From a virus (Duplodnaviria; Caudoviricetes): a stretch of DNA of 55,215 nucleotides. The notes under the pieces were generated by a model that was given only the letters and a program-made list of their open reading frames with translations, was not told the origin of the DNA and ran no database searches. A program made the translations under genes and the position numbers. Shown in pieces: positions 37,226 through 45,853 of the stretch (within the stretch, counting starts at the first letter, position 1; each line of letters starts with the position of its first letter). Location: positions 1 through 55,215 of the IMG/VR virus record IMGVR_UViG_3300020045_003176; one strand, written 5' to 3'.

Positions 37226-37446
37226 CTTTGGTCTCCTTCAACGCTAACAATTTTACCGCGCTCTTTCCGTATTGTTTGCGACCATGAACATGATGCGCAC
37301 GACCGAGTTATTGACTCCATTGCTGGTCCGTTATACCAAGTACCATCGGTGTCTTTCCATGCTCGATAGGCGTCGGCAGTGACCATTGAGCTGCCGGTCC
37401 AGTGAGGGCAATCGCAGACGGGGCAACGAGAGTAAATCTCCATCAT
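37222..37446 (-). CDS. zinc-ribbon hypothetical protein
   Basis: CPVC...CASC. Confidence 0.5.
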   Translation of the reverse strand: MMEIYSRCPVCDCPHWTGSSMVTADAYRAWKDTDGTWYNGPAMESITRSCASCSWSQTIRKERGKIVSVEGDQR

Positions 37447-37613
37447 TTCCCATTCAACATCTTAAACAACTTCATTGCCCCTGGTGGCGGGGTCTGTTTG
37501 CCTTCCTCCCATCGTGACCATGTCCTATGGCTAACCTCGACCTGTTTAGCGGCTTTGGCAATGGTTAGGCCGAGACTGTTTCTCAACAATTTCAGTTCGA
37601 TGCCGGTCATCAT
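37443..37613 (-). CDS. XRE/Cro-type HTH regulator (56 aa, not in ORF track)
   Basis: MMTGIELKLLRNSLGLTIAKAAKQVEVSHRTWSRWEEGKQTPP... Confidence 0.8.
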   Translation of the reverse strand: MMTGIELKLLRNSLGLTIAKAAKQVEVSHRTWSRWEEGKQTPPPGAMKLFKMLNGK

Positions 37614-37933
37614 GCGTACCACTTCTTGATCTTGTGATATTCCGCAACAACATCCCAGTATCCGAGCGATTCGAGTAGCGCAACTAGAACATCGTCTGCT
37701 CCGGTGTGTGCATATTCGTGGTCGTTATCATGCTGCAATACTATCAGTCTAGCCAGTGCTTCTTCTCTGGTCATGTTCATTCTTTCTTTGGTAATTTCCG
37801 TCGCAAACTCGGCAAGCATGTTGCGCATTGTGTCATTGATGAAGTCCCATCGTCCATCGCCTTTGTACTGTGCGAACCCGGCTTTAGCAGCGGCTTCTAG
37901 CCAGTGTTTAGGCCAACAGTGAATGATGGTCAT
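37610..37933 (-). CDS. hypothetical protein (C-terminal D.E.AH..AD.VL...WYA domain)
   Basis: Possibly a fusion of two small phage ORFs. Confidence 0.55.
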   Translation of the reverse strand: MTIIHCWPKHWLEAAAKAGFAQYKGDGRWDFINDTMRNMLAEFATEITKERMNMTREEALARLIVLQHDNDHEYAHTGADDVLVALLESLGYWDVVAEYHKIKKWYA

Positions 37934-38394
37934 ACATTTGTCTCCATGTTTTGCCGGACATCTTCCCCGCCCATCTTATTCATTCTGTCGTACAGCACTA
38001 CATTTGCCGTGGCCGCAAGATTCATACAACCATGAGTAGGAACATACACTACGTCACGGCACCAAGACAGCACACGCTCGCCTAACGTAGCGTCTTCAGC
38101 GCCGAAAATGTAAAACGCTCTCACTGGATGCACGTAACTCACCAAACTACGGGCACCAGACACCAAATCAATTGCCACTGGGACACAATCATACGGAATA
38201 ACTAGCCGTAAATCCTCAGTTTCAATCACTGGAGTCATCCGCCATTGCTTCTTTACATCGGTCGGCACTTTCCTCATCCTATGCCCAGACATGGCGACCA
38301 TTGCGGCACCGTAGCATCCAGCAGCGCGCATGACGCCGCCTACATTTGCAGAGCATTTGGGGTTATCTAGCCCGATTGCAGCAAACCCCCGCAT
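37930..38394 (-). CDS. SpoU/TrmH-family (SPOUT) RNA methyltransferase
   Basis: NPK..NVG.VMRAA (motif 1), YIFGAED (motif 2), VP..CMNLAATANVVLYD (motif 3). Confidence 0.9.
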   Translation of the reverse strand: MRGFAAIGLDNPKCSANVGGVMRAAGCYGAAMVAMSGHRMRKVPTDVKKQWRMTPVIETEDLRLVIPYDCVPVAIDLVSGARSLVSYVHPVRAFYIFGAEDATLGERVLSWCRDVVYVPTHGCMNLAATANVVLYDRMNKMGGEDVRQNMETNV

Positions 38395-38396
38395 GA

Positions 38397-38759
38397 TTAT
38401 CGCATCACCCTATACCCACGCCCTGCCATACAGTTCTTGACGACACTCCGCTGACCGTTATCGCCTTCCATTCCACCACCTAGCGCACCTGTTACTAGTC
38501 CTACTCTAGCGGTAGCGCCCTGATCGTAGCCTTTCCCTGCGGCTGCGGCAAGGATGGCACCGAACAATGCGCCAGCGATGGCACCTGCTGCGGCACTGCT
38601 ACCCGCTCCAGCGACTTGACTGGCGTATTGCTGGCATTCCCCTAGATCGGATTCCAGTCGGTTCAAATCCACTCCCTTGGTATCTACCAGAGGGCGATAG
38701 TTAGCTCCGGCGCATCCTGTGAGTGTCAGGACGATCATACATTTTGCTAGTGTTTTCAT
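38397..38759 (-). CDS. glycine-zipper lipoprotein
   Basis: Lipobox LTGC16, GAIAGALFGA zipper, C-terminal CMAGRGY. Confidence 0.8.
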   Translation of the reverse strand: MKTLAKCMIVLTLTGCAGANYRPLVDTKGVDLNRLESDLGECQQYASQVAGAGSSAAAGAIAGALFGAILAAAAGKGYDQGATARVGLVTGALGGGMEGDNGQRSVVKNCMAGRGYRVMR

Positions 38760-38777
38760 GATTATCTCCGGTGATTA

Positions 38778-39164
38778 TTAACTGAACTCCAGTGATTCGC
38801 CAGCTTTTGCGGCTTTTCGGCATCCTTTAATCCATTTGCGTGCTGTTGCTCCTATTCCTCCGTTGCGCTCAAGATGTCCGCCACCACCGCCCATATCATC
38901 AAGTTTTGGCAACAGCAACTCCATCTCATCGGCACATTTCGCAGCAAGGTATGGTGTAATTTCTCCCTCACAATCTCCGTGCGCTAGGAATTCAAACAGG
39001 CCAGGATGTGTTTCCTTGGAATAACCTTCTCCAAAGTGCCAGAACTCACGCCCGCTTACCGCGTCGCACCAATGGCCTTCGGTAGCCTTGCAAACCGACT
39101 CTCTGAACCTGTTGAATGCAGAATACGCGCCATCGAATGCGCCGTGTGAAACATCTAGTCCCAT
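38778..39164 (-). CDS. conserved phage protein (MGLD...Y..F..FR...H.DCEG)
   Basis: GAGGGG SD; recognisable motif. Confidence 0.7.
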   Translation of the reverse strand: MGLDVSHGAFDGAYSAFNRFRESVCKATEGHWCDAVSGREFWHFGEGYSKETHPGLFEFLAHGDCEGEITPYLAAKCADEMELLLPKLDDMGGGGGHLERNGGIGATARKWIKGCRKAAKAGESLEFS

Positions 39165-39211
39165 ATTATTCCCCCTCAAATCGTCACGGCGAATGCCACG
39201 ACCCAATACGA

Positions 39212-39240
39212 ACTATACGCCAATTTGGCATAGATAACAA
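39212..39240 (-). promoter_or_regulatory. leftward promoter of the accessory island
   Basis: Minus strand TTGTTA-N17-TATAGT. Confidence 0.55.
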
Positions 39241-39251
39241 GATGAATTGCA

Positions 39252-39271
39252 ATCCGGTAACATTACCGGAT
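39252..39271. promoter_or_regulatory. palindrome copy 3
   Basis: ATCCGGTAA-CA-TTACCGGAT between divergent promoters. Confidence 0.75.
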
Positions 39272-39287
39272 AGGCTAATGAATATCA

Positions 39288-39316
39288 TTGACGCGCTACC
39301 ATGATTTTGTTATACA
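39288..39316 (+). promoter_or_regulatory. rightward promoter for the portal operon
   Basis: TTGACG-N17-TATACA with TGn. Confidence 0.65.
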
Positions 39317-39335
39317 ATTGAGAATGATTCTCATT
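39317..39335. promoter_or_regulatory. Fur box 1
   Basis: ATTGAGAATGATTCTCATT, 7-1-7 core, over the predicted +1. Confidence 0.75.
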
Positions 39336-39339
39336 CGCA

Positions 39340-39555
39340 TTGGTACAAAGCATGGCCGCTCACAAGAAGCCGCACCGATCAATATGCTCTGACGTGAATG
39401 TATTGGCGCGAGGGGCGATCTACACACCGGATGGCAGTAATTGCCCAATGTGCCGCGATTACATCCCAAGTCAATCGTATATCGACTACCTGAAAATGAC
39501 TTATGGATGGGAATATCTGCCGGCTTTTGTCTATCATGAAGAGGTCACGGCATAA
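39340..39555 (+). CDS. small hypothetical protein
   Basis: CPMC; TAATG coupling to portal. Confidence 0.4.
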   Translation: MVQSMAAHKKPHRSICSDVNVLARGAIYTPDGSNCPMCRDYIPSQSYIDYLKMTYGWEYLPAFVYHEEVTA

Positions 39556-42182
39556 TGGCAGCGGTCAATCCATCTGACGAACGCGACCGGAACATTCCCG
39601 GTTTATCCGCTGACGAACTAGCCCCTCCTGATCCTGAAATTGAGGATATTGGCGAGGAAATGACCGAGAATCCCGATGGTTCGGTCACTATTCAAGACAC
39701 AGAAGAAGATGAACCGTCCGAAGGCGAGTTTTTCGACAATCTTGTACTCACATTAGACAAATCCGTTCTCGCATCCATCCAATTAGACCTACTGGAGAAG
39801 ATCGAACGGGACAAAGATGCTCGAAAGAAGAGGGATGACCAGTATGCTGAAGGACTCAAACGGTCTGGATTATCTGGGGATGCCCCTGGTGGAGCGCAAT
39901 TCACTGGAGCAAGTAAGGTCGTCCATCCGATTCTTGCGGAATCCTCCGTCGATTTCGCCGCCAGTGCCATTAAAGAACTCTTTCCCCCCGATGGACCCGC
40001 TAAATCGAAGTTACGAGGTAAAGAAACCGACGCCAAGAAGCTAACAGCGACTAGGAAGGCCAATTACCTCAATTGGCAGATGACTCGGGACATAGAAGAG
40101 TACCGTGATGAGCTAGAACAACTCCTTTCCCAACTCCCAATGGGAGGCTCACAGTATAAGAAGTGGCGACAAGATGACCAATTAGGCCGTCCAGCGGTTG
40201 AATTTGTCCCGGTGGATGACGTTTTACTCCCTTACGCAGCGACCAATTTCTATACCGCTGCCCGGGTGACTCATCGACAGCTTCTGACCCGTTCTCAGTT
40301 CGAGGAAAGGGTAGAAAGTGGGCTTTATGAGTACGACGGACCTGTGGATGAGAACGTCACAGACCCCGAACAGACAAGTTCCGAACAAGCCAATGACCGA
40401 ATCGAAGGACGGGAAGAAACCTGCTACAACGAAGACGGATTGAGGCTCATTTACGAGGTTTATACCTGGCGAAAGATCAAGGATGACAAACTATCGGAGG
40501 GCAAGAATGCGCCCTACATCATCACCGTCGATCCTGACACCTTGGCTGTGCTGGCTATTTATCGAAACTGGAAAGAAGGCGATCCACGCCTTAAAAAGCT
40601 CGACTGGTGGGTAGATTACGGCTTTATTCCTTGGCGGGGAGCCTATAAGTTAGGGCTGTTCCATCTTATTGGTGGATTAGCAATCTCTTTGACCGGAACC
40701 CTGAGAGCGCTTCTCGATTCTGCTCACATAAACAACGCCGCCACGATGCTCAAGCTCAAGTCTGGGCGAATGAGCGGACAGAACACAGGGATTGAAGTTA
40801 CCCAGGTTCAAGAAATTGACGGACCCGCAGGGATAGATGATATTCGCAAATTGGCAATGCCGATGCCGTTCAATCCCCCTTCTACGGTTCTCTTTCAACT
40901 CTTGGGATGGCTCACCGATGCAGCTAAAGGCGTCATTACTACCGCAGAAGAAAAGATCGCCGATGCAAGTAATAACATGCCGGTTGGAACTACTCTCGCA
41001 CTTATTGAGCAAGGCAGTAAGGTGGCGTCTGCTATACACGCACGGTTACATGCCTCCCAGCAGAAGTCGATGGAGATTCTATGCCGGATTAATTCAGTCT
41101 GGTTCGATGCCGAAAAGGCTAGAGAAGTCTTTGGAGACGAAGCTCCTACCCGAGAAGACTTCCTCAATTCAGAAGATATCCAGCCCGTAAGTGATCCAAA
41201 TGTCTTCTCGGACGCACAGAGATTTGCCAAGTGGCAAGCACTCTCGCAGATGTCTCAAGACCCGTCAATTAAATGGGACAGGTACGAAGTAGCAATGGAA
41301 GGTCTTCGGCTGATGAAAGTCGAAGATCCTGAAAGATATCTACCCGAAGTACCGAAACCGGAGATGCTGGAACCCGTCGAGGAACACGTCGCCGCGACCA
41401 AAGGAAAGCCACTCAAAGTATATCCGACTCAGGATGACTTGATGCACATTGCGGCTCACTTAAAATTCGCTACCGGGCCACTTTTGCAAGCCGCTGGCAT
41501 AATCATGCCTGCTGTTCCTATCCTCGTGGAGCATGTCAAAGAGCATATGATGCAATACTATCTGGAACATGCGAGTATTGCGGCTGAAACAGCGGAAAAA
41601 CTCGGTCAGGCACACGGCGCAGAGGCACAAACGCGAACATCTGACGTAGTAATGCAGACAATGACGCAGGAATTGCAGTCAATCATGCCACTTTTCCAGC
41701 AAGCACAGGAAATAGCTCAAAAAGCCGCGCAAAGTCAGACGCCTCCGATGGACCCACAGAGCCAAGTTGCACTCCAGTTGGGTCAGGCCGAGATTCAGCG
41801 GAAAACGACCTACGATCAAGGCATGCTGCAACTGAAAACGCAGGAAATGCAGGCGAATCAGCAAGCAGAGCAAGCCAGAATGCAGACAGAACAGCAAATT
41901 GGACAGATAGAACTTTCCATGAAGCAGCAACAATTAGCAGCGGATGCAAAATTAGCTGTTTTGGCGCAACAAGTAGAAGTCCAGAAAAATGCTGATGACA
42001 ACCGGCAAAAACAGATCACAGAACTTCGCAAAAACGCGGATGACAACAATTCAAACATCATAATTGAGGCAATGAAACAGCAATTAGCCAAGATGCAAAT
42101 GGATGTTGATGAAGCCAGGGCGCAACGAGCCGAACAAGAGCAGGAAGTCGAAGCAGAATCCACCGCTGGGACGAGTGAATGA
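39555..42182 (+). CDS. portal protein (P22-like, long C-terminal Gln-rich barrel)
   Basis: GAS.V.HP.L.E, ELFP..GP, R.L.DS...N, PVGTT.AL.EQ, PVSDPN motifs; 875 aa. Confidence 0.9.
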   Translation: MAAVNPSDERDRNIPGLSADELAPPDPEIEDIGEEMTENPDGSVTIQDTEEDEPSEGEFFDNLVLTLDKSVLASIQLDLLEKIERDKDARKKRDDQYAEGLKRSGLSGDAPGGAQFTGASKVVHPILAESSVDFAASAIKELFPPDGPAKSKLRGKETDAKKLTATRKANYLNWQMTRDIEEYRDELEQLLSQLPMGGSQYKKWRQDDQLGRPAVEFVPVDDVLLPYAATNFYTAARVTHRQLLTRSQFEERVESGLYEYDGPVDENVTDPEQTSSEQANDRIEGREETCYNEDGLRLIYEVYTWRKIKDDKLSEGKNAPYIITVDPDTLAVLAIYRNWKEGDPRLKKLDWWVDYGFIPWRGAYKLGLFHLIGGLAISLTGTLRALLDSAHINNAATMLKLKSGRMSGQNTGIEVTQVQEIDGPAGIDDIRKLAMPMPFNPPSTVLFQLLGWLTDAAKGVITTAEEKIADASNNMPVGTTLALIEQGSKVASAIHARLHASQQKSMEILCRINSVWFDAEKAREVFGDEAPTREDFLNSEDIQPVSDPNVFSDAQRFAKWQALSQMSQDPSIKWDRYEVAMEGLRLMKVEDPERYLPEVPKPEMLEPVEEHVAATKGKPLKVYPTQDDLMHIAAHLKFATGPLLQAAGIIMPAVPILVEHVKEHMMQYYLEHASIAAETAEKLGQAHGAEAQTRTSDVVMQTMTQELQSIMPLFQQAQEIAQKAAQSQTPPMDPQSQVALQLGQAEIQRKTTYDQGMLQLKTQEMQANQQAEQARMQTEQQIGQIELSMKQQQLAADAKLAVLAQQVEVQKNADDNRQKQITELRKNADDNNSNIIIEAMKQQLAKMQMDVDEARAQRAEQEQEVEAESTAGTSE

Positions 42183-42385
42183 GTACCAGCAATTTTATAA
42201 ATGCCAGTCATTTACAGGAATGGATGCGCTGTCACGATCTAACTCATGAAACGGCTGCTGACGCGCTTGGAATAGCGCGTAGATCATTGAATTATTACCT
42301 ATCAGGCAAGAAGCCAATTCCGCTCAAAGTGGGACTAGCAAGGATTGGGTGGGAAGTTGAACAAGGATTAAGGACCATTAACTAA
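42179..42385 (+). CDS. XRE-type HTH protein
   Basis: LTHETAADALGIARRSLNYYLSGKKPIP. Confidence 0.75.
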   Translation: MSTSNFINASHLQEWMRCHDLTHETAADALGIARRSLNYYLSGKKPIPLKVGLARIGWEVEQGLRTIN

Positions 42386-42396
42386 GGAGTATCACC

Positions 42397-42555
42397 ATGA
42401 AGGCAGTCAATCAGCACAAAGAAATGGCAATGGGCCAACCTCTCGCCAAGTCCCCCGCACCTATCGCCAAGTACAAGAAGGGTGGCCTCGTCAAGCCGGA
42501 ACCCATGCCAGCGAAGAAGGGCGGTAATCCGTTCGCCAAAAAGGAAAAGTGTTAA
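42397..42555 (+). CDS. small basic KKGG-motif protein (52 aa, not in ORF track)
   Basis: AAGGAG SD; YKKGGLV and AKKGG motifs. Confidence 0.65.
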   Translation: MKAVNQHKEMAMGQPLAKSPAPIAKYKKGGLVKPEPMPAKKGGNPFAKKEKC

Positions 42556-42738
42556 GTGGATCTAGTCACACTCCGAAAACAGTTTGTCGATCTTCAGAAC
42601 GAACACGCTCACGCGGCGATGTCATTCCCCTCATCTGACCCGTTTAGTCATGGGGTCAGTGTCGGCGAGTATCGAGCGTACAAATCAATCATCCAGGCTA
42701 TCACCGTAGCTTTGAAGGATGACGACGAGGACGAGTAA
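42556..42738 (+). CDS. conserved small head-module protein
   Basis: VG.Y motif, acidic tail, usual position before GroES-like gene. Confidence 0.6.
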   Translation: MDLVTLRKQFVDLQNEHAHAAMSFPSSDPFSHGVSVGEYRAYKSIIQAITVALKDDDEDE

Positions 42739-42752
42739 TTTTTTTAACCTGC

Positions 42753-42773
42753 AAATGAGAATGATTCTCATTT
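42753..42773. promoter_or_regulatory. Fur box 2
   Basis: Perfect 10-1-10 palindrome AAATGAGAAT-G-ATTCTCATTT, intergenic. Confidence 0.8.
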
Positions 42774-42831
42774 AGATTTACGGTGCCTTGTCCGACACAA
42801 GGAATAGCGCTAACCGAGCGATGAAGGAGTA

Positions 42832-43086
42832 ATGATGCAAGGCGATTTAGTAGAGGATCAGGAAACCATCCTGAAAACGACCAGTAAGGCAATGGGATTC
42901 ACCGAGGCATTCAATGCGCTCGACCTATTCCAAAAGGTTAGGCGATCCAACTGGTACAGCGGACGATACCTAATCATTGATGGGGATGACGATCCGGTTA
43001 TCCGGGTGATCGACGGCAAGAACAATTACATGTGGTCCCCGCTTCAAGAGGATTTGTTCGCCAAGAATTGGGAGATTGTGCGATGA
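42832..43086 (+). CDS. tad2: Tad2/DUF2829-like anti-defence sponge protein
   Basis: F.EA..L...KVRR.NW...W.P.QEDLFA.NWE signature; AAGGAG SD. Confidence 0.65.
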   Translation: MMQGDLVEDQETILKTTSKAMGFTEAFNALDLFQKVRRSNWYSGRYLIIDGDDDPVIRVIDGKNNYMWSPLQEDLFAKNWEIVR

Positions 43087-43484
43087 GCCTCGACCAATTC
43101 AAACAGGACAACTTTCCCGAGATTGAACCCGGCTGCAAGCCCTTTGGAGTTGATGTCCTGGTCCAACTAAAGACCACGCAGACGGTATCCAAGGGTGGGA
43201 TCTTCCTCGCTCGTGACACGCAAGAGGCCAACGATGAAAACACGATGGTTGCCAAAGTCATTCAACTTGGGCCGCTTGCCTACCGGAACAGGGACACCGG
43301 CGAACTCTGGCCGGAAGGGGTATGGGCTAACGCCGGGGATATTGTACTTGTACCTAAATGGGGTGGATTTAGATTCGGACGCACGCTACCCAACGGGGAT
43401 AAGGCTAGATTCTGTCTCTTCCAAGATAAAGAGCTTCGGGGTGGCTTGAATGAGCACTTCGAGGGGCTTTTGGAGGTGATATGA
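43083..43484 (+). CDS. GroES-like co-chaperonin
   Basis: P.G..VLV, mobile loop SKGGIFL, V..LGP.AY, W...GD.V. Confidence 0.85.
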   Translation: MSLDQFKQDNFPEIEPGCKPFGVDVLVQLKTTQTVSKGGIFLARDTQEANDENTMVAKVIQLGPLAYRNRDTGELWPEGVWANAGDIVLVPKWGGFRFGRTLPNGDKARFCLFQDKELRGGLNEHFEGLLEVI

Positions 43485-43708
43485 ACGCTCAAGAATTCAA
43501 CGAGGTAATCCAAAGCAGGCTAACGACGGTCATTGACGAGATTCACGAAATCAAAAGATCGGCCGCGCGCTTACATGGCTATGGGGGACTCTGCCAACAC
43601 GCATCGAATGCTTTGATACGTACAGCGATGGATATTCAAGCGCAATACCGTATCAATCAAGAACTAACCAGCGAATTTGAGGTAGGCAAAAAGCCTAATA
43701 AAACATGA
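43481..43708 (+). CDS. hypothetical protein
   Basis: GGAGGT SD, ATGA overlaps. Confidence 0.55.
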   Translation: MNAQEFNEVIQSRLTTVIDEIHEIKRSAARLHGYGGLCQHASNALIRTAMDIQAQYRINQELTSEFEVGKKPNKT

Positions 43709-44697
43709 GCACTGAAAATGAAGAACTTGAACTCAAAGAACAAGCAGATGGAACGGTCCATGTCACTGACCCCGGCGACAAGGGCGAGACTAACGCCACT
43801 GCCGATGACCAAGACGGCGACGATGAAGAGGGCAGTAGCGGCCAAGATGAAAGAACTTCCAATGTGGAAGCTGGCGATTCTGAGTCTGATGAAGTAAAGA
43901 ACCCCAAGACCGAACAAAACCGACTCCGCAGGGATGCTCGGAAACAAAGAGCACACGACCGTAATGAACGGATGATGTCCGAACTCAAGGCGAGGGACGC
44001 GGTAATCGCTGATCTGACGGCGAGGATTCAACGACAAGAGAGCAAGACGTCCGGTACGGAGATGGTTCATGTCGATGAGGAAATCAGGAAGAGTGCGGAC
44101 GCCTACAACTACTTCAAGAGACAGATAGCGGAAGCCCACGGCAACCCGGACGCCGGGACGATCATGGCCGACGCGACGGAGAAGATGGTACTTGCATCAA
44201 ACCGTTATGCAGATTTGAACCGCGTCAAGAAACAGATGATCGAACGGCAGAACCAGCCTCCGGCGATTGATCCTGTCCTACTTAAGAGGGGCCAGGATTG
44301 GGTCGCCAAGAATCCTTGGTACAACCCGAACGGTGGAGATGAGGACAGCGACATTGCTCTGGTCGTTGATAGAGCGCTCTTGAAAGAAGGCTGGAACGCC
44401 AGAACAACGGAGTATTGGGACGAACTTGATAAAAGGATTGCAAAAAGATTGCCACACAGGTATAAATCCAATTATACTAATGAGAATGATTCTCATTCGC
44501 AACAACGCCCGCGATCCGTCGTCACCGGATCTGGCCGCGAATCGAATGGATCAGGAAACGGAAGTAGCGGATATGTCCTATCCGCAGAACGGGTAGCAGC
44601 GATAAAAGAAGCCGGATTATGGGATTCACCAAAAGACCGCGCTGAAAGTATCAGACGTTATCGTCAATATGACAAAGAACAAGGAGCTACGAAATGA
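43705..44697 (+). CDS. putative scaffolding protein
   Basis: Acidic N-terminus, coiled coil, W..KNPW and EYW.ELDKR motifs; position. Confidence 0.65.
   Translation: MSTENEELELKEQADGTVHVTDPGDKGETNATADDQDGDDEEGSSGQDERTSNVEAGDSESDEVKNPKTEQNRLRRDARKQRAHDRNERMMSELKARDAVIADLTARIQRQESKTSGTEMVHVDEEIRKSADAYNYFKRQIAEAHGNPDAGTIMADATEKMVLASNRYADLNRVKKQMIERQNQPPAIDPVLLKRGQDWVAKNPWYNPNGGDEDSDIALVVDRALLKEGWNARTTEYWDELDKRIAKRLPHRYKSNYTNENDSHSQQRPRSVVTGSGRESNGSGNGSSGYVLSAERVAAIKEAGLWDSPKDRAESIRRYRQYDKEQGATK
44449..44497 (+). promoter_or_regulatory. internal promoter with Fur box 3
   Basis: TTGCCA-N18-TATACT followed at once by AATGAGAATGATTCTCATT (44479-44497). Confidence 0.7.
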
Positions 44698-45257
44698 ATC
44701 GCACTAAGGGCCTTATAGGCGGACAAGATGGGCGTCTGCGTAGGACAAGTGGAGACATATCTCGTAGCGATCCGCTTGGAGAAGATGCCGATCGCTCCAA
44801 AGACGGAACCGCACTAACCCCCGATGAGCGACAAGCACTGTTGCGCCAGGAGTGGGTGCAGAACATCCTCCCCGATATCCCCGCAAAACCCGGCTGGCAT
44901 CGTTGCTGGCTTTCCACCACGAATTCAAATGATCCGATTTACAAGAGGCAACAGATTGGCTACGTGCCGGTCATGATTGCCGACGTTCCCGGTTACGAAA
45001 GTTTCGCCCTCAAAGGTGGAGCATTCGACGGGGCCGTTCATTGTAACGAGATGATCTTGTTTGAAATCCCGATGGAAAGACACATAGACATGATGACCAT
45101 CTATCACCACACCATGCCTAATGAAGAAGAGGGCATGCTGAAGAAATCTCTGGTGCAAGATGCAGAAGACAGCGAAGGTAATGAGTTGGGCGAAGCATTC
45201 GGTGACGGTGTTCAAAATCTAGGCAGAAACAAACGACCTATTTTTGCACACATTTAA
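44694..45257 (+). CDS. conserved head-module protein
   Basis: PG...CW...GY.PV motif; position before the decoration gene. Confidence 0.6.
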   Translation: MNRTKGLIGGQDGRLRRTSGDISRSDPLGEDADRSKDGTALTPDERQALLRQEWVQNILPDIPAKPGWHRCWLSTTNSNDPIYKRQQIGYVPVMIADVPGYESFALKGGAFDGAVHCNEMILFEIPMERHIDMMTIYHHTMPNEEEGMLKKSLVQDAEDSEGNELGEAFGDGVQNLGRNKRPIFAHI

Positions 45258-45266
45258 GGAGTCATC

Positions 45267-45824
45267 ATGAGTTCAACAGCAGCGCCCTACGGCTTTATTG
45301 CCGTTCGGCACCCCAGCGGAAACCTCCGCGCCGATCCTTATCCTATTGGTACTGGTTACGCCACGGCCATAGGTAAAGGTGATGCGGTCATTCTCAACAC
45401 GGACGGAACCCTGAACATCGGGACAGCCACTAACGACATTCTCGGTATCTTCGCGGGTGTTCAATACACCGATGCAAACGGTGTTCCAACCTATTCGCCA
45501 AACTGGGTTGCATCGACCACGGCAACCAATATCGTTGGATGGGTTTATACCGATCCTGCGACGGTGTTCTCTGCTCAGGCAAACGGTTCTCTGGCTGCAA
45601 CGTCTGTAGGCGATCAGTGTGATTTGGTTGCCGGAACAGTCAATGCGACTACCGGACTCTCGACGATGGCTTTGAATTCAACGCCTGAAGGTGCTGGAGT
45701 TCAAGGTCAATTCCGAGTGATTGGACTTGATGGAGCGGTGAATAACGCATGGGGCGATACCTATACCCAAGTGCTTGTTCAGATCGCACAATCGCAGTTC
45801 GTAGCGAATAAGGTAGGAATATAG
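45267..45824 (+). CDS. capsid decoration/cement protein
   Basis: APYGF, I..GD.V, G.F.G..Y, DP..F..Q motifs; upstream of MCP. Confidence 0.7.
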   Translation: MSSTAAPYGFIAVRHPSGNLRADPYPIGTGYATAIGKGDAVILNTDGTLNIGTATNDILGIFAGVQYTDANGVPTYSPNWVASTTATNIVGWVYTDPATVFSAQANGSLAATSVGDQCDLVAGTVNATTGLSTMALNSTPEGAGVQGQFRVIGLDGAVNNAWGDTYTQVLVQIAQSQFVANKVGI

Positions 45825-45853
45825 GTTAGTCATATCCTAAGCGTCTTATTAAT

